Source: Pirellulales bacterium (GTDB lineage: Bacteria > Planctomycetota > Planctomycetia > Pirellulales > UBA1268). Taken from it: 64,000 nucleotides of DNA. Each line of letters opens with the position of its first letter. Position 1 is the first letter of the stretch. Shown piece by piece: positions 9,866 through 19,192 of this stretch. The notes beneath the pieces are model-generated. The model was given only the letters and a program-made list of their open reading frames with translations, was not told the origin of the DNA and did not search any database. A program made the translations under genes and the position numbers. Location of the stretch: assembly GCA_044342075.1 (NCBI GenBank), contig JBIIQM010000001.1:15847-79846 (forward strand), given 5' to 3'.

Positions 9866-11125
9866 TCATGCGCGCACCTGGCCCGAACCGAGCACGATAA
9901 ACTTGTAGGTCGTCAGTTCCTTCGTGCCGCAGGGGCCGCGGGCGTGGAGCTTGTCGGTGGAGATGCCGATCTCTGCCCCCAGCCCCATTTCGCCACCGTC
10001 GTTGAACCGCGTGCTGGCGTTCACCATCACGACGGCCGTGTCGACCCGCGCGGCGAACCGATCGGCGGCGGCCTTGTCGGCCGTGACGATCGAGTCGGTG
10101 TGGCGGGAACCGTAGCGGTTGATGTGGTCGATCGCGCCGTCGACGGACTCGACGACGGCCACGGAGATCTTCGGGCCGAGGTATTCGGTGGCCCAGTCGG
10201 CCTCGGTCGCGGGGCCCGCCGTGGGCACGAGCTTCCGCGTGGCCTCGTCGCCCACGATCTCCACCTTGTGCTCGCCGAGTGCGGCGGCGACGTCGGGCAG
10301 GAACTTCGCCGCGATATCCCGGTGCACGAGCAGCGATTCGGCGGCGTTGCAGACACCCATCCGCTGGCACTTCGCGTTGACGGTGATCGCCTTGGCCATG
10401 GCGAGGTCGGCGGCCTTGTCGACATAGACGTGGCAGTTGCCGTTGAAGTGCTTGAGCACCGGCATCCGCGCCTCGGAGCAGACGCGGCGGATGAGCGTCT
10501 CGCCGCCGCGGGGGATGACGATGTCGATCAGGTCGTCCATCTTCAGGAATTCGCCGACAGCCTCGCGATCGGGCGTATCGACGAGCTGCACGCAGTCGAC
10601 GGGCAAGCCACTCGCCGCGATCGCGGCCCGCATGCTCTCGACGATTCGGCCGCTCGAATGGGCCGCTTCCTTGCCGCCGCGAAGGATGATGGCGTTGCCG
10701 GCGGCGAGGGCCACGGCCGCGGCATCGGCCGTGACGTTGGGCCGCGACTCGTAGATGAAGAAGACAACGCCCAGCGGCACGCGGATTTTTTTCACGACGA
10801 GGCCACTGGGCCGCGTGGTCTCCTCGAGCACCTCGCCCACGGGATCGGGCAGCAGGGCCACCGCCTCCACGCCGGCGGCAATCCCCTCCACGCGCTTCGC
10901 GTCGAGCGTGAGCCGGTCGATGGCGGCAGCCGTGAGGCCGAAGCCGGGGGCGGCGGCGACGTCGAGCTTGTTGGCGGCCAGGATCGCATCGACGTCGGCG
11001 CGGATGTGCGCGGCGGCGGCCTTCAGGCAGGCGGCCTTCTTTTCGGCGGGGATGTTGGCCAGATCGATCGCGGCGCGGCGGGCGCGGGTGGCGATGTCGC
11101 GGCAGTGCTGAGCGAGGTGTGACAT
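9866..11125 (-). CDS. proA: glutamate-5-semialdehyde dehydrogenase
   Basis: 419 aa with ProA-type motifs (VPLGVVFFIYESRPNVT, RGGKEA, NAKCQRMGVCNAAESLLVH, ASTRFNDGGE). Confidence 0.95.
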   Translation of the reverse strand: MSHLAQHCRDIATRARRAAIDLANIPAEKKAACLKAAAAHIRADVDAILAANKLDVAAAPGFGLTAAAIDRLTLDAKRVEGIAAGVEAVALLPDPVGEVLEETTRPSGLVVKKIRVPLGVVFFIYESRPNVTADAAAVALAAGNAIILRGGKEAAHSSGRIVESMRAAIAASGLPVDCVQLVDTPDREAVGEFLKMDDLIDIVIPRGGETLIRRVCSEARMPVLKHFNGNCHVYVDKAADLAMAKAITVNAKCQRMGVCNAAESLLVHRDIAAKFLPDVAAALGEHKVEIVGDEATRKLVPTAGPATEADWATEYLGPKISVAVVESVDGAIDHINRYGSRHTDSIVTADKAAADRFAARVDTAVVMVNASTRFNDGGEMGLGAEIGISTDKLHARGPCGTKELTTYKFIVLGSGQVRA

Positions 11126-11127
11126 GA

Positions 11128-11215
11128 GTGGGACAGGCTTCAGCCTGTCGAAGTAGGTCAGCCTTCAGGCTGACAATAAATGTCGATATTCCCGACAGGC
11201 TGAAGCCTGTCCTAC
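11128..11215. repeat. REP cluster of three units (GTGG-head variant, compensatory-stem variant, consensus)
   Basis: 11128-11149 GTGGGACAGGCTTCAGCCTGTC; 11153-11174 GTAGGTCAGCCTTCAGGCTGAC; 11194-11215 consensus in reverse orientation. Confidence 0.9.
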
Positions 11216-12096
11216 TGCTGCATCGTAACAAACAGTTCGAGCGCTGCCCGCACCTGCCCCACGGCGTGGACGCGAACGATCTGGATGCCCTGGGCGGCAA
11301 GGCCGCAGGCGGCCCCGGCCGTGCCCGCGTCGAGCTCGTCGAGCGTGGCGAGGCGGCCCAGGGCCTGCTCGATCGACTTGCCGATGAAGCCCTTCCGCGA
11401 ATGGCCGATGAGGATCGGCGCGCCGAGGTCGAGGAATCGGCCCGCGTTCGCCATCAGCTCGCGGTTGTGGGCATGGGTCTTTCCGAACCCGATTCCGGGA
11501 TCGAGGCAGATCTTTTCGAGCGGGATACCGGCGGCGAGCAGGGCGTCGCGGCGGGCGGCCAGATAGGCGTGTATCTCGGCGACGACTTCGTCGTAGCGCG
11601 GGTCGATCTGCATGGTCTGCGGCGTGCCCCGCATGTGCATGGCGCAGATGCCAGCTCCGCTCTCGCGGGCGACCCGCAGCATCTCGGCGTCGCCTTCAAG
11701 CCCCGTCACGTCATTGATGATCTCGGCGCCGAGTGCGATAGCCCGCGCGGCCACGCTCGCCTTCGAAGTGTCGATGGAGACGGGCACGCCCGCCTCGGCG
11801 GCCAATCGCTTCACGACCTCGCTCACGCGACGCAGTTCCTCGTCGGCAGCCACGGGCTCGGAATACGGCCGCGTGCTCTCCCCGCCCACGTCGAGAATGT
11901 CGGCGCCGTCGGCAGCGAGCTTGAGACCGTGGGCGACAGCGGCCTCGACCGAGTCGTGCCGGCCGCCATCGGAAAAACTGTCGGGGGTGACGTTGACGAT
12001 CCCCATCACGAGCGGCCGCCGGATCGCGCCGCCCGGATGCGGCAGGGCGAGGGCGCGGGTGCGAAGCTGCCAGTGAGTCGGTACGCGGATGTGCAT
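11212..12096 (-). CDS. folP: dihydropteroate synthase
   Basis: MGIVNVTPDSFSDGG, ADILDVGGESTRP and a pterin-binding fold through to GHSRK. ATG at 12096. Its TAG stop is in a REP head. Confidence 0.92.
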   Translation of the reverse strand: MHIRVPTHWQLRTRALALPHPGGAIRRPLVMGIVNVTPDSFSDGGRHDSVEAAVAHGLKLAADGADILDVGGESTRPYSEPVAADEELRRVSEVVKRLAAEAGVPVSIDTSKASVAARAIALGAEIINDVTGLEGDAEMLRVARESGAGICAMHMRGTPQTMQIDPRYDEVVAEIHAYLAARRDALLAAGIPLEKICLDPGIGFGKTHAHNRELMANAGRFLDLGAPILIGHSRKGFIGKSIEQALGRLATLDELDAGTAGAACGLAAQGIQIVRVHAVGQVRAALELFVTMQQ

Positions 12097-12132
12097 GCGG
12101 GATAATTTACACAACCAAAGGACGAGCGAGCC

Positions 12133-12207
12133 GGGGATCGGCGGAACGTCGACGAGCATTTGGACCGAGTCTTCGAGGGCCACCGCGAGGCGACTTCTGC
12201 CGTCCCC
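12133..12207. repeat. MITE-like intergenic element, copy B
   Basis: Same termini as copy A, with a similar left interior (GGCGGAACGTCGACGAGCATT versus GGCGGAAGCTCGAGGAGCGTT) and a shorter centre. Confidence 0.6.
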
Positions 12208-12239
12208 GGCGAGCGGTCTTCTTTCGAAGCGGTCTACGT

Positions 12240-12261
12240 GGCAGGCTGAAGCCCACCCTAC
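12240..12261 (-). repeat. REP unit, variant with two G-U pairs in minus sense
   Basis: Plus strand GGCAGGCTGAAGCCCACCCTAC; minus strand GTAGGGTGGGCTTCAGCCTGCC. Confidence 0.8.
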
Positions 12262-12818
12262 CACGGTTCTTCCATCAGGCCGACGATCTGCTGGGCCATC
12301 TTGACGATGCCTTCCTGCTGCGTCGTGACGACGGAGCGGCCGAATTCCGGCACGAGCATCGCCGCCTGGCCCACGTCCACGCTCGCCGCCGGCAGCGGCA
12401 CGTTGCCCGAGGCGAGCACGGAGCCGCCGCGATCGGCCCAGGTGACGAGCGCCTGGATGTTCATCTCCACCTGCCGCGACTGGTCGGTCGGGCTCTCGAC
12501 GACCATGCGTTTCGTGTCGGCCACGATCCGCGTCGTGAGCACGCTGTCGGCATTCGGGTCGCCCACCACCTTGAAGGGCGTGCGCTTTTCGATCTCCTTG
12601 CAGATCGCCTCGGTGAGCCGCTCGCCGAGATCGACGCCGGGCGTCGTGCGAAAGCTCTCCGACTGCACCATCGGCACGTAGACGGTGCGGACGTTTGGCG
12701 CGTAGAGCGTGTTGTTGCCGAAGCGGTAGCCGGCGCAGCCGACGGGGATCGTGATCGCGAGGGTGCACGCGATCATCGCAAGCACGGGCCGGCGCGGGTG
12801 GATGACTCTCGCGGCCAT
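12258..12818 (-). CDS. LptE-like lipoprotein
   Basis: Lipobox ITIPVG-C followed by C-AGYRFG. The body (VYVPMVQSESF..PGVDLGERLTEAICKEI) resembles LptE/RlpB-type LPS-assembly lipoproteins. Judged from motifs only. Confidence 0.55.
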   Translation of the reverse strand: MAARVIHPRRPVLAMIACTLAITIPVGCAGYRFGNNTLYAPNVRTVYVPMVQSESFRTTPGVDLGERLTEAICKEIEKRTPFKVVGDPNADSVLTTRIVADTKRMVVESPTDQSRQVEMNIQALVTWADRGGSVLASGNVPLPAASVDVGQAAMLVPEFGRSVVTTQQEGIVKMAQQIVGLMEEPW

Positions 12819-12831
12819 GGGCGGTGAGTCT

Positions 12832-14859
12832 CTAACGGAGAGGGGGGGCGGCGCCGGAATTGTCCTCGCGGGCGATCATCGCGTCGGCCTCCGCCATCGC
12901 GTCGAGCTCGGCTTCCTTGAGCGAATCCGGATTCAAGACCCGCGTGAGCATCGGGAATGGATCGTCCGAAACATCTTCCTTGCCCGCGATCAGGTTGAGC
13001 TTATCGCGTGACGCCTGGGCGAGCTGTGTCTTCGGGTAATCGCGGGCGATCAAGGCGTAGTAAATCCGCGCCGACGTGTAATGCTTCCCCTTGGCGTAAA
13101 ACTCAGCGCGGTTCCAGTGCCGCATCGCCTGCTGGGCCGCGACCTCGGCCCGCACCTTCACGACCCGCTCCTGCTCGTCCTTGTCGAGCTGATCCGGAAA
13201 CTGCACGAGGATCTGGTCGGCGAGGACCTCGGCGTCTTCGAGCACGCCCCCCTCGTAGCCGGGCCCCTGGTAGGCCCGCAGCTTCGATTGGAGCCCGAGC
13301 AGATGGGCCTGCATCAGGAACTCGCTGTCGGGATATTCGGTCCGCAGCAGGCCGTAGAAGTAGTCGGCGTCGATCCACTGCCGGTGGAGGAAGTGGGCGT
13401 TGGCCTGGGCCATGATGCTGTCGTCGGCGAGTGGTCCGCGCGGGTCGTTGATCCGCACGTGGTCGAAAGCCTTGAGCGCCCGGCCGTGGGTGTCGAAGAG
13501 CGGCCGGCTGCGGTCGGCGAGGTTCGGCACGATCACCGGCAGGTGGAGCTTGTTGTCGAGCGCGAGCCAATACTGCCCGATCACGAACTGCCGCTGCGCG
13601 ATCCGGTCGAGGTATTTCGTGTTGGCATATTTCTTCACCAGCTCCTCGTAGCAATCCTCCGCCTTCGGATACTTGTCGGTGAAGAACCAGCATTCGGCCA
13701 GCTGCCAGAGGGCGTCTTCCTCGATCACGGAGTCGGGCCAGCGGTCGATCGCCTGCTTGTATTTCGGGATCGCCTTGGCGTAATCCTTCTCGCGGAAGAA
13801 GGCGTCGCCCTCGACGAGCGCCTTGCGGGCGATCGGCTCGTTGGGGCCGCGGCCGAGCACCTTCTTCCAGCGCTTCTTGATGTTGTCGCCCTTGAAGTAG
13901 TCCCAGCCGAATTCGGTGTCGGCGGGCGCGTATTCCGACGAGATGACGGAGGAATCACCGTCCTCGCCCACCTCCGCGGCAGCCGACTTTTCAGCTTCGG
14001 TCTTCGACCACGGCATCGTGGGCATCTTGATCGTGGCGCAGCCCGCCGCGGCCAGGAGCGACGCCATCGCCAAGACGAGCAGGCTCCGGCCGATCCTGCC
14101 GGAGGCGTCGCGGGCGCCGGACGCGGCGCATTTGAGCCGGCGGCCGAGCAGGTTGGCGAAATAGGTGTTCATGATCGCGCGAAGCTCCCCCGCGACGCGG
14201 TCGGGCAGGTCGATCGATCGCCAGGCGTCATTGGAACCGGCAAGCAGCCGCAGCGCGTCCATGGCGTCGGCCGAGACCGAGACGACCGATCGCTTGCCCT
14301 GGCGGCAGCGCTGGCAGAGCCCGCCGCCATCGAGCATCCCGAAGGCGAACCGTCCCTGGGGTTCGAGCCGCGTGCGGCATTCGGCGCAGGCGCCAAGCGC
14401 CGGCGCATGGCCGACGAGCCGGAGCATGGCGAGCTGGGCGTGGACGAGCAGGGCGCGCACGGCCCGATCAGGGCCCTCGTAGCCGGAGAGTGCAAGCAGT
14501 GTTTTTTCGGCGACATCGAAGAGTTCCGGCTGCGGGTCTGCGTCGGCGGTGAGCGCATCGAGCAATTCGGCGATTTCCATGCCGCCATGAAAAGCCGCCA
14601 TGCTCCTGCCGACGCGAAACCGGTGATCGAGCCGCGCCTCCGTCAGCAAGTCGAGGCCGCCCGACGATTTACGGAGGACGAGTACCTGACAGATCGAAAG
14701 CAGGTCAAGGGCGGCGTCGAATCCGCTCTTTGGCCGCCACGCTCCCTTTGCCAGAGCCCGCAGCTTGCCGAATTCCCGCGTAAAAATGGTGACGACGCTG
14801 CTCGTCTCGCCGAACGCCACCGTGCGGATCACGATCGCCTGGGCATTTTCCGCGGCCAT
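12832..14859 (-). CDS. recO: continuous 675-aa ORF: RecO DNA-repair module (N-terminal ~250 aa) reading without a stop into a TPR (BamD/YfiO-like) lipoprotein module
   Basis: The N-terminal part has a RecO OB-fold region and Zn finger (CAECRTRL..CQRCR). From about 14067 downward comes RSLLVLAMASLLAAAG-C (lipobox) and then TPR-like repeats. There is no in-frame stop between the two parts. Confidence 0.7.
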   Translation of the reverse strand: MAAENAQAIVIRTVAFGETSSVVTIFTREFGKLRALAKGAWRPKSGFDAALDLLSICQVLVLRKSSGGLDLLTEARLDHRFRVGRSMAAFHGGMEIAELLDALTADADPQPELFDVAEKTLLALSGYEGPDRAVRALLVHAQLAMLRLVGHAPALGACAECRTRLEPQGRFAFGMLDGGGLCQRCRQGKRSVVSVSADAMDALRLLAGSNDAWRSIDLPDRVAGELRAIMNTYFANLLGRRLKCAASGARDASGRIGRSLLVLAMASLLAAAGCATIKMPTMPWSKTEAEKSAAAEVGEDGDSSVISSEYAPADTEFGWDYFKGDNIKKRWKKVLGRGPNEPIARKALVEGDAFFREKDYAKAIPKYKQAIDRWPDSVIEEDALWQLAECWFFTDKYPKAEDCYEELVKKYANTKYLDRIAQRQFVIGQYWLALDNKLHLPVIVPNLADRSRPLFDTHGRALKAFDHVRINDPRGPLADDSIMAQANAHFLHRQWIDADYFYGLLRTEYPDSEFLMQAHLLGLQSKLRAYQGPGYEGGVLEDAEVLADQILVQFPDQLDKDEQERVVKVRAEVAAQQAMRHWNRAEFYAKGKHYTSARIYYALIARDYPKTQLAQASRDKLNLIAGKEDVSDDPFPMLTRVLNPDSLKEAELDAMAEADAMIAREDNSGAAPPLR

Positions 14860-14874
14860 CGAGCCCTCCCGCCC

Positions 14875-16179
14875 TCAGGTGCGCAGCCGCTCGAGCCTCA
14901 CCAGGTCGATCCGCCGGCCCGTGGCGGCGAGCACCTCGATCGCCGCCCCGTGCGATTCGATCCGCTCCCCGACGACGGGCGGTCGGCCGCACTGGTGGAA
15001 GACGAAGCCGCCGATGGTTTCGAAGTCGGCCTCTTCCGGCAGCTCGAGCCCCATCTTTTCGTTGACGTCCGCGATCCGCACGGTCGCCCGGGCCTCGCAG
15101 ACGTCGGGCGTGACCATGCGGATGCCGTCCGAAAACGCCTCGTCGTGCTCGTCGGCGATCTCGCCCACGATCTCCTCGAGCGCGTCCTCGATCGTGACGA
15201 GCCCCGACACGCCGCCAAACTCGTCGGTGACGACGGCCATGTGGGTGTGCGTCCGCTGAAACTCCCGCAGCAGCTTCTGCACGCTCATCGACTCGGGCAC
15301 GAAGTAGGGGGGCCGCAGGAGTGGCCGCAGCTCCGGGACGACCGCTTTCCCACCCGAGGCCGCGGGCATCGCCTCCACGAGCTTCTCCAGCAGTTCGCGG
15401 GTGTGGAGGATGCCGACGATGTCGTCGCGCGAGCGGTCCCAGACCGGCAGGCGGGTGTGGTGGCTTTCGGAGGCCAGCCGCACCGCCTCCTCCCAGGGTG
15501 TGGCCAGCGAAATCGAGATCATGTCGGTGCGCGTGGTCATGATCTGCGAGACCTTCGCCTCGTTGAGCTCCATCACGCCCTCGATCATGTCGCGGGCGGC
15601 GCCCTCGAGCCGTCCCTCGCGGTGTGCCTCGTCCACGACGAGCCGCAGTTCGTCCTGCAGGCTCTCCGCCGGCCCTTCGCCGCGGCGGCCGACGAGCCCG
15701 CCCAGGAGCGTGCCGAAGGCGCCGAGCAGCCTCACCACCGGCGACGCCAGCCGTACGATCGGCCGCCAGAGCCGCCATGTCGCCACCACGATCCACGGGC
15801 CGGCGATCTTCGTCACGAGCATCGGCACGACGACGAGCATGAGCCAGACCACCGCGATCCAGCCGGCCACCTCCGAAACGCCGAGCACACGCGATTTCGC
15901 TGGGTCGGCCAGGAGCGGTCGGCCGACGAGCAGCGTGGCCACGGCCGCGGCGATCACGACGATCGACGCGGCCACGAACGCGATCGTCTCGCTGCCTGCG
16001 ACGATTTCGTCGTAGCGTTCGGGACGGCCGCTCGCGCGGCACCGCTCCAGGATCCGATGCCGCTGCGCGCCGCGAACCGCGCGGGCCTGGATGGCCGCCA
16101 CGCTCGCCACGAGGAGGAGCACGATCGCCGCCTCGATGCCAAGGGTAGCCGCGATGCTAAGGGTCGCGGCGGGGCTCAT
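14875..16179 (-). CDS. CNNM/DUF21-CBS-CorC_HlyC family membrane protein (hemolysin/CorC-like)
   Basis: N-terminal TM domain, a CBS pair (MTTRTDMISI.., IVGILHTRELL) and a C-terminal CorC/HlyC domain (LVTIEDALEEIVGEI). Confidence 0.85.
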   Translation of the reverse strand: MSPAATLSIAATLGIEAAIVLLLVASVAAIQARAVRGAQRHRILERCRASGRPERYDEIVAGSETIAFVAASIVVIAAAVATLLVGRPLLADPAKSRVLGVSEVAGWIAVVWLMLVVVPMLVTKIAGPWIVVATWRLWRPIVRLASPVVRLLGAFGTLLGGLVGRRGEGPAESLQDELRLVVDEAHREGRLEGAARDMIEGVMELNEAKVSQIMTTRTDMISISLATPWEEAVRLASESHHTRLPVWDRSRDDIVGILHTRELLEKLVEAMPAASGGKAVVPELRPLLRPPYFVPESMSVQKLLREFQRTHTHMAVVTDEFGGVSGLVTIEDALEEIVGEIADEHDEAFSDGIRMVTPDVCEARATVRIADVNEKMGLELPEEADFETIGGFVFHQCGRPPVVGERIESHGAAIEVLAATGRRIDLVRLERLRT

Positions 16180-16655
16180 GATCGTGTGCGCCGTGAAGGA
16201 GTGCGAGGGGGCACGGGCAGGCCGATCGCCTTCATCACCGCTCGCTCGCGAGACCGCATGGCCCGCCGGTCGGACGCCGTGTGGTCGTCGTAGCCGGTGA
16301 GGTGAAGCAGCCCGTGAACCACGTAATAGGCCACCTCCTGCCGCGGCGTCCAGCCGAGCTCGCGGGCCAGGCGGCGGGCCGTTTCCGTGCTCACGGCGAT
16401 GTCCCCCGCGAGCACGTCACCGGCCGAAAGGTCGAACGTGATCACGTCGGTCGGCGTGGGATCGTCGAACCACTCGCCGTGGAGCTTCGCGATCCGCCGG
16501 TCGTCCACGAGCAGGATGCCGATCTCGGCCTGCTCGATCCCCTCGGCCGCGAGCGCCCGCTTCACCAGCCGTTCGAGCCAGGGCTTGGAGATGCTCAGGA
16601 TCTTCTGCCGGTCGGTGATGCCGACGGAGCAGCCGTGCGCTGGGTCGGATTTCAC
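16176..16655 (-). CDS. ybeY: rRNA maturation RNase YbeY
   Basis: 159 aa with metal-binding HGLLHLTGYDH. 4-nt overlap with the next gene. Confidence 0.92.
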   Translation of the reverse strand: MKSDPAHGCSVGITDRQKILSISKPWLERLVKRALAAEGIEQAEIGILLVDDRRIAKLHGEWFDDPTPTDVITFDLSAGDVLAGDIAVSTETARRLARELGWTPRQEVAYYVVHGLLHLTGYDDHTASDRRAMRSRERAVMKAIGLPVPPRTPSRRTRS

Positions 16656-16677
16656 AGCGCCGACTCCGGGACCGCGC

Positions 16678-19179
16678 TCATGCCGTCCTCTGGTCGGGGT
16701 ATTTCACGCGACCGTGATAGACGGCCGTCAGGCTCTTCACGAGGCTCTGCTCGATGATCTCGAGTTCCTCGAGCGTGAGGCCGCACTCGTCGAACTGGCC
16801 GTCGAGCAGCCGCTTCATGGCGAGGTCGTGCACGAGGCTCGAGATGCGAGCGGGCGTGGGCTCGGTGAGGGCGCGGCTCGCGCTCTCCACGGCGTCGGAG
16901 AGCATGAGCACGGCCGATTCGCGGCTCGTGGGCTTGGGGCCGGGGTAGCGGTAGGTCTGCTCGTCCACCTCGGCGCCGTCGGGATCCTGCTGCTGCCGCT
17001 CCGTGGCGCGACGATAGAAGTATTCGACGAGCGTGGTGCCGTGGTGCTCGGCGATGAGATCGACGATCGGCTGCGGCAGGTTGTATTGCCGCGCGAGCTC
17101 CGCGCCTTCCTTCACGTGCGCGATGATGATCAGCGTGCTCATCGCCGGCACGAGCGATTCGTGGCGGTTTTCCGTCCCCTGATTCTCCACGAAATACGCC
17201 GGCTTGAGCATCTTGCCGATGTCGTGGAAATACGCCCCCACGCGCACGAGCAGCCCGCGGGCGCCGATCGCCTCGGCAGCCGCCTCGCCGATGCTCGCCA
17301 CGTTGATCGAATGGTTGTAGGTGCCCGGAGCGCGGCGGACGAGTTCCTGCAGGAGCGGATGGGCCACGTCGCCCACCTCGAGCAGGCTCAGGTCGGTGAG
17401 CACGCCGAAGAGCCGCTCGATGAAGGGGAGCAGGCCGGTCATGAGGAAGCCGGCCAAAAGCGTCCAGACGCCCATGCGTCCCGCTTCGTAGAGCAGTTGC
17501 ATGTCGAATGGCCGCTCTTCGAGCAGATGGGCGCCGATCTGCGTCGCCAGCGCCACCGCCCCCGCCCAGAGCCCCACGTAGATCAGCTTGCTGCGGCTGC
17601 GGATACGGCCCATCCAGAAGACCATCGCGGCGGCAGCGGCGGTGAGCGTGACATAGTCGCCGAGCGTGCGGCCGAGCCCCACCACCACGACGAGGGCCAC
17701 CTCCGCGGCGAGCAACAGCGCCAGGTCTTCGTCGTAGGCGATCGCCACGGTCATCGCGAAGACGAGCAGCGGGAGGATCTCCGCCTGCCAGGACTCGTGC
17801 GCCGAGAGCAGGCAGAGCACGACGGTGATGACGGAAAGCCCCAGGAGAGTGGAAACATGCCCCAGGTCGTCGAGCACCTCGCGGTGGTGGAGGTGCATGT
17901 AGAAGCCGGCGAGTGTGAACATCGCCACGAAGAGGCCGAAGAGGGAGGCGGCCCGGAGCAACCGGTCGCGGAAATCCTGCTGCCGGACATATTCATCGTG
18001 CTCGCGACGCAGGAGCACGAGCTCGTCGGGGCCGACCGGCTTGCCCGCCGCCGCGAGCAGGTCGCCCTCGGCATACCGCACGAATTGCTGCGGCGTCTTC
18101 TCGACGGCCTCGCGTTTCGCCTTGGCCGTCGAATCGCGGTCGATCTCGAGCGATCCGGAGAGCTTCGGTTCGATCCAGCCAAACACCCGATTGGCAAACG
18201 GCCCCTCGCCGAGTTCCTCCTCGATCCGCGCCTTCAGCCGCACCTTCGCCTCGCCGAGGAGGACGTCGGCCACCTGCACGCGGGTCAGCTCGGCGGCATT
18301 GCCCACCGGATGGACGTCGATCTCGGTCTGGCTGCCCTCGTCGATGCCGTGCTGGATCTTCTCGAGCACACCGTTCTTTTCGACGTCGGCAAAGGCGCGA
18401 TCGACGGCCTTGTCGAACTCGAGCTGCTTCTCCTTCGTGTCGAGCCGTGCGCGAAACTTCTGAAACACCTGCTCGGCGGCGATGACGGCCGGATTGGCCG
18501 GTGGCTCCTCGGGGGCCGCCGGCTCCGGCTTGGCCGCCTCGGCGGTCTCTTTCGACGTGTCTTCCGCCTTCGCCTTCTCTGCCGTTTTGTCGCCGGTCTT
18601 GTCTTGCGGTGCGTCGTCTTTCTTTTCGGCGGTCTTGTCGTCCTTCGCGACCGACGCTTCGGGCGGCTCCGGCGCCACCGGCGGCGCGCGGGGTTCCTTC
18701 ACCTCGCCGGGCTTCTCCACCGGGATGAGCTCGAGAGCGTCGGCCGCGTCGGGGGTGAACTCGAGCCACGCCTTCCGTGAGACGGTCGCGAGCGTATCGG
18801 CGGCGGCGATCTCGGCGATCCGATTTTTGAGGCCATCGCGGAGCCGTACGACGGGCGCCTTGTCTTGGGCATAGACCACCCGCACCTGCGCGGCGGCTCG
18901 TTCCTGCGCCGCCCGAGTTCGCTCCGGGTCGGGCTTCTCGAAGGGCACCCGCGCCACGAGGCCGTGCGGCGCGACGGAGCCCTCGCGGAAGGGCTGCGGC
19001 CCCGTCCAGCCGTGCAGCATGATCATGAGCACGGTGGCGGCGGCCAGGCAGAGCGCGAGCCGCACGAGCACCTCGGCCCGCGAGATCCGCTCGACGAGCA
19101 GCGACCAAAAGCCCTGCGGCCCCTCGACGGAGCCGCCACGGCGGGCACGGCGACGGTAGGAGGATGGGGCGACTGTCAT
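16678..19179 (-). CDS. 7TM-receptor HD-domain phosphohydrolase (PgpH/YqfF-like)
   Basis: Long extracytoplasmic N-region with an acidic/lysine-rich low-complexity stretch, a 7TM block and an HD domain (HSINVA, FHDIGK, HHG). Start taken at the Met 13 nt after the phoH stop; the ORF extends to 19260. Confidence 0.82.
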   Translation of the reverse strand: MTVAPSSYRRRARRGGSVEGPQGFWSLLVERISRAEVLVRLALCLAAATVLMIMLHGWTGPQPFREGSVAPHGLVARVPFEKPDPERTRAAQERAAAQVRVVYAQDKAPVVRLRDGLKNRIAEIAAADTLATVSRKAWLEFTPDAADALELIPVEKPGEVKEPRAPPVAPEPPEASVAKDDKTAEKKDDAPQDKTGDKTAEKAKAEDTSKETAEAAKPEPAAPEEPPANPAVIAAEQVFQKFRARLDTKEKQLEFDKAVDRAFADVEKNGVLEKIQHGIDEGSQTEIDVHPVGNAAELTRVQVADVLLGEAKVRLKARIEEELGEGPFANRVFGWIEPKLSGSLEIDRDSTAKAKREAVEKTPQQFVRYAEGDLLAAAGKPVGPDELVLLRREHDEYVRQQDFRDRLLRAASLFGLFVAMFTLAGFYMHLHHREVLDDLGHVSTLLGLSVITVVLCLLSAHESWQAEILPLLVFAMTVAIAYDEDLALLLAAEVALVVVVGLGRTLGDYVTLTAAAAAMVFWMGRIRSRSKLIYVGLWAGAVALATQIGAHLLEERPFDMQLLYEAGRMGVWTLLAGFLMTGLLPFIERLFGVLTDLSLLEVGDVAHPLLQELVRRAPGTYNHSINVASIGEAAAEAIGARGLLVRVGAYFHDIGKMLKPAYFVENQGTENRHESLVPAMSTLIIIAHVKEGAELARQYNLPQPIVDLIAEHHGTTLVEYFYRRATERQQQDPDGAEVDEQTYRYPGPKPTSRESAVLMLSDAVESASRALTEPTPARISSLVHDLAMKRLLDGQFDECGLTLEELEIIEQSLVKSLTAVYHGRVKYPDQRTA

Positions 19180-19192
19180 GCGCTGGTGTGGC

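Noticed and set aside
9606-11300. Upstream 565 codons of the 7554-11300 ORF
   Set aside because: This part runs through REP units and intergenic DNA, and then out of frame across proA. Peptidase homology starts at the Met encoded at 9605.
13081-18780. Long plus-strand ORFs (13081-16293 and 16387-18780)
   Set aside because: They are antisense to recO/TPR, the CorC-like gene, ybeY and the HD-domain gene, all of which carry clear family motifs. The translations are low complexity.
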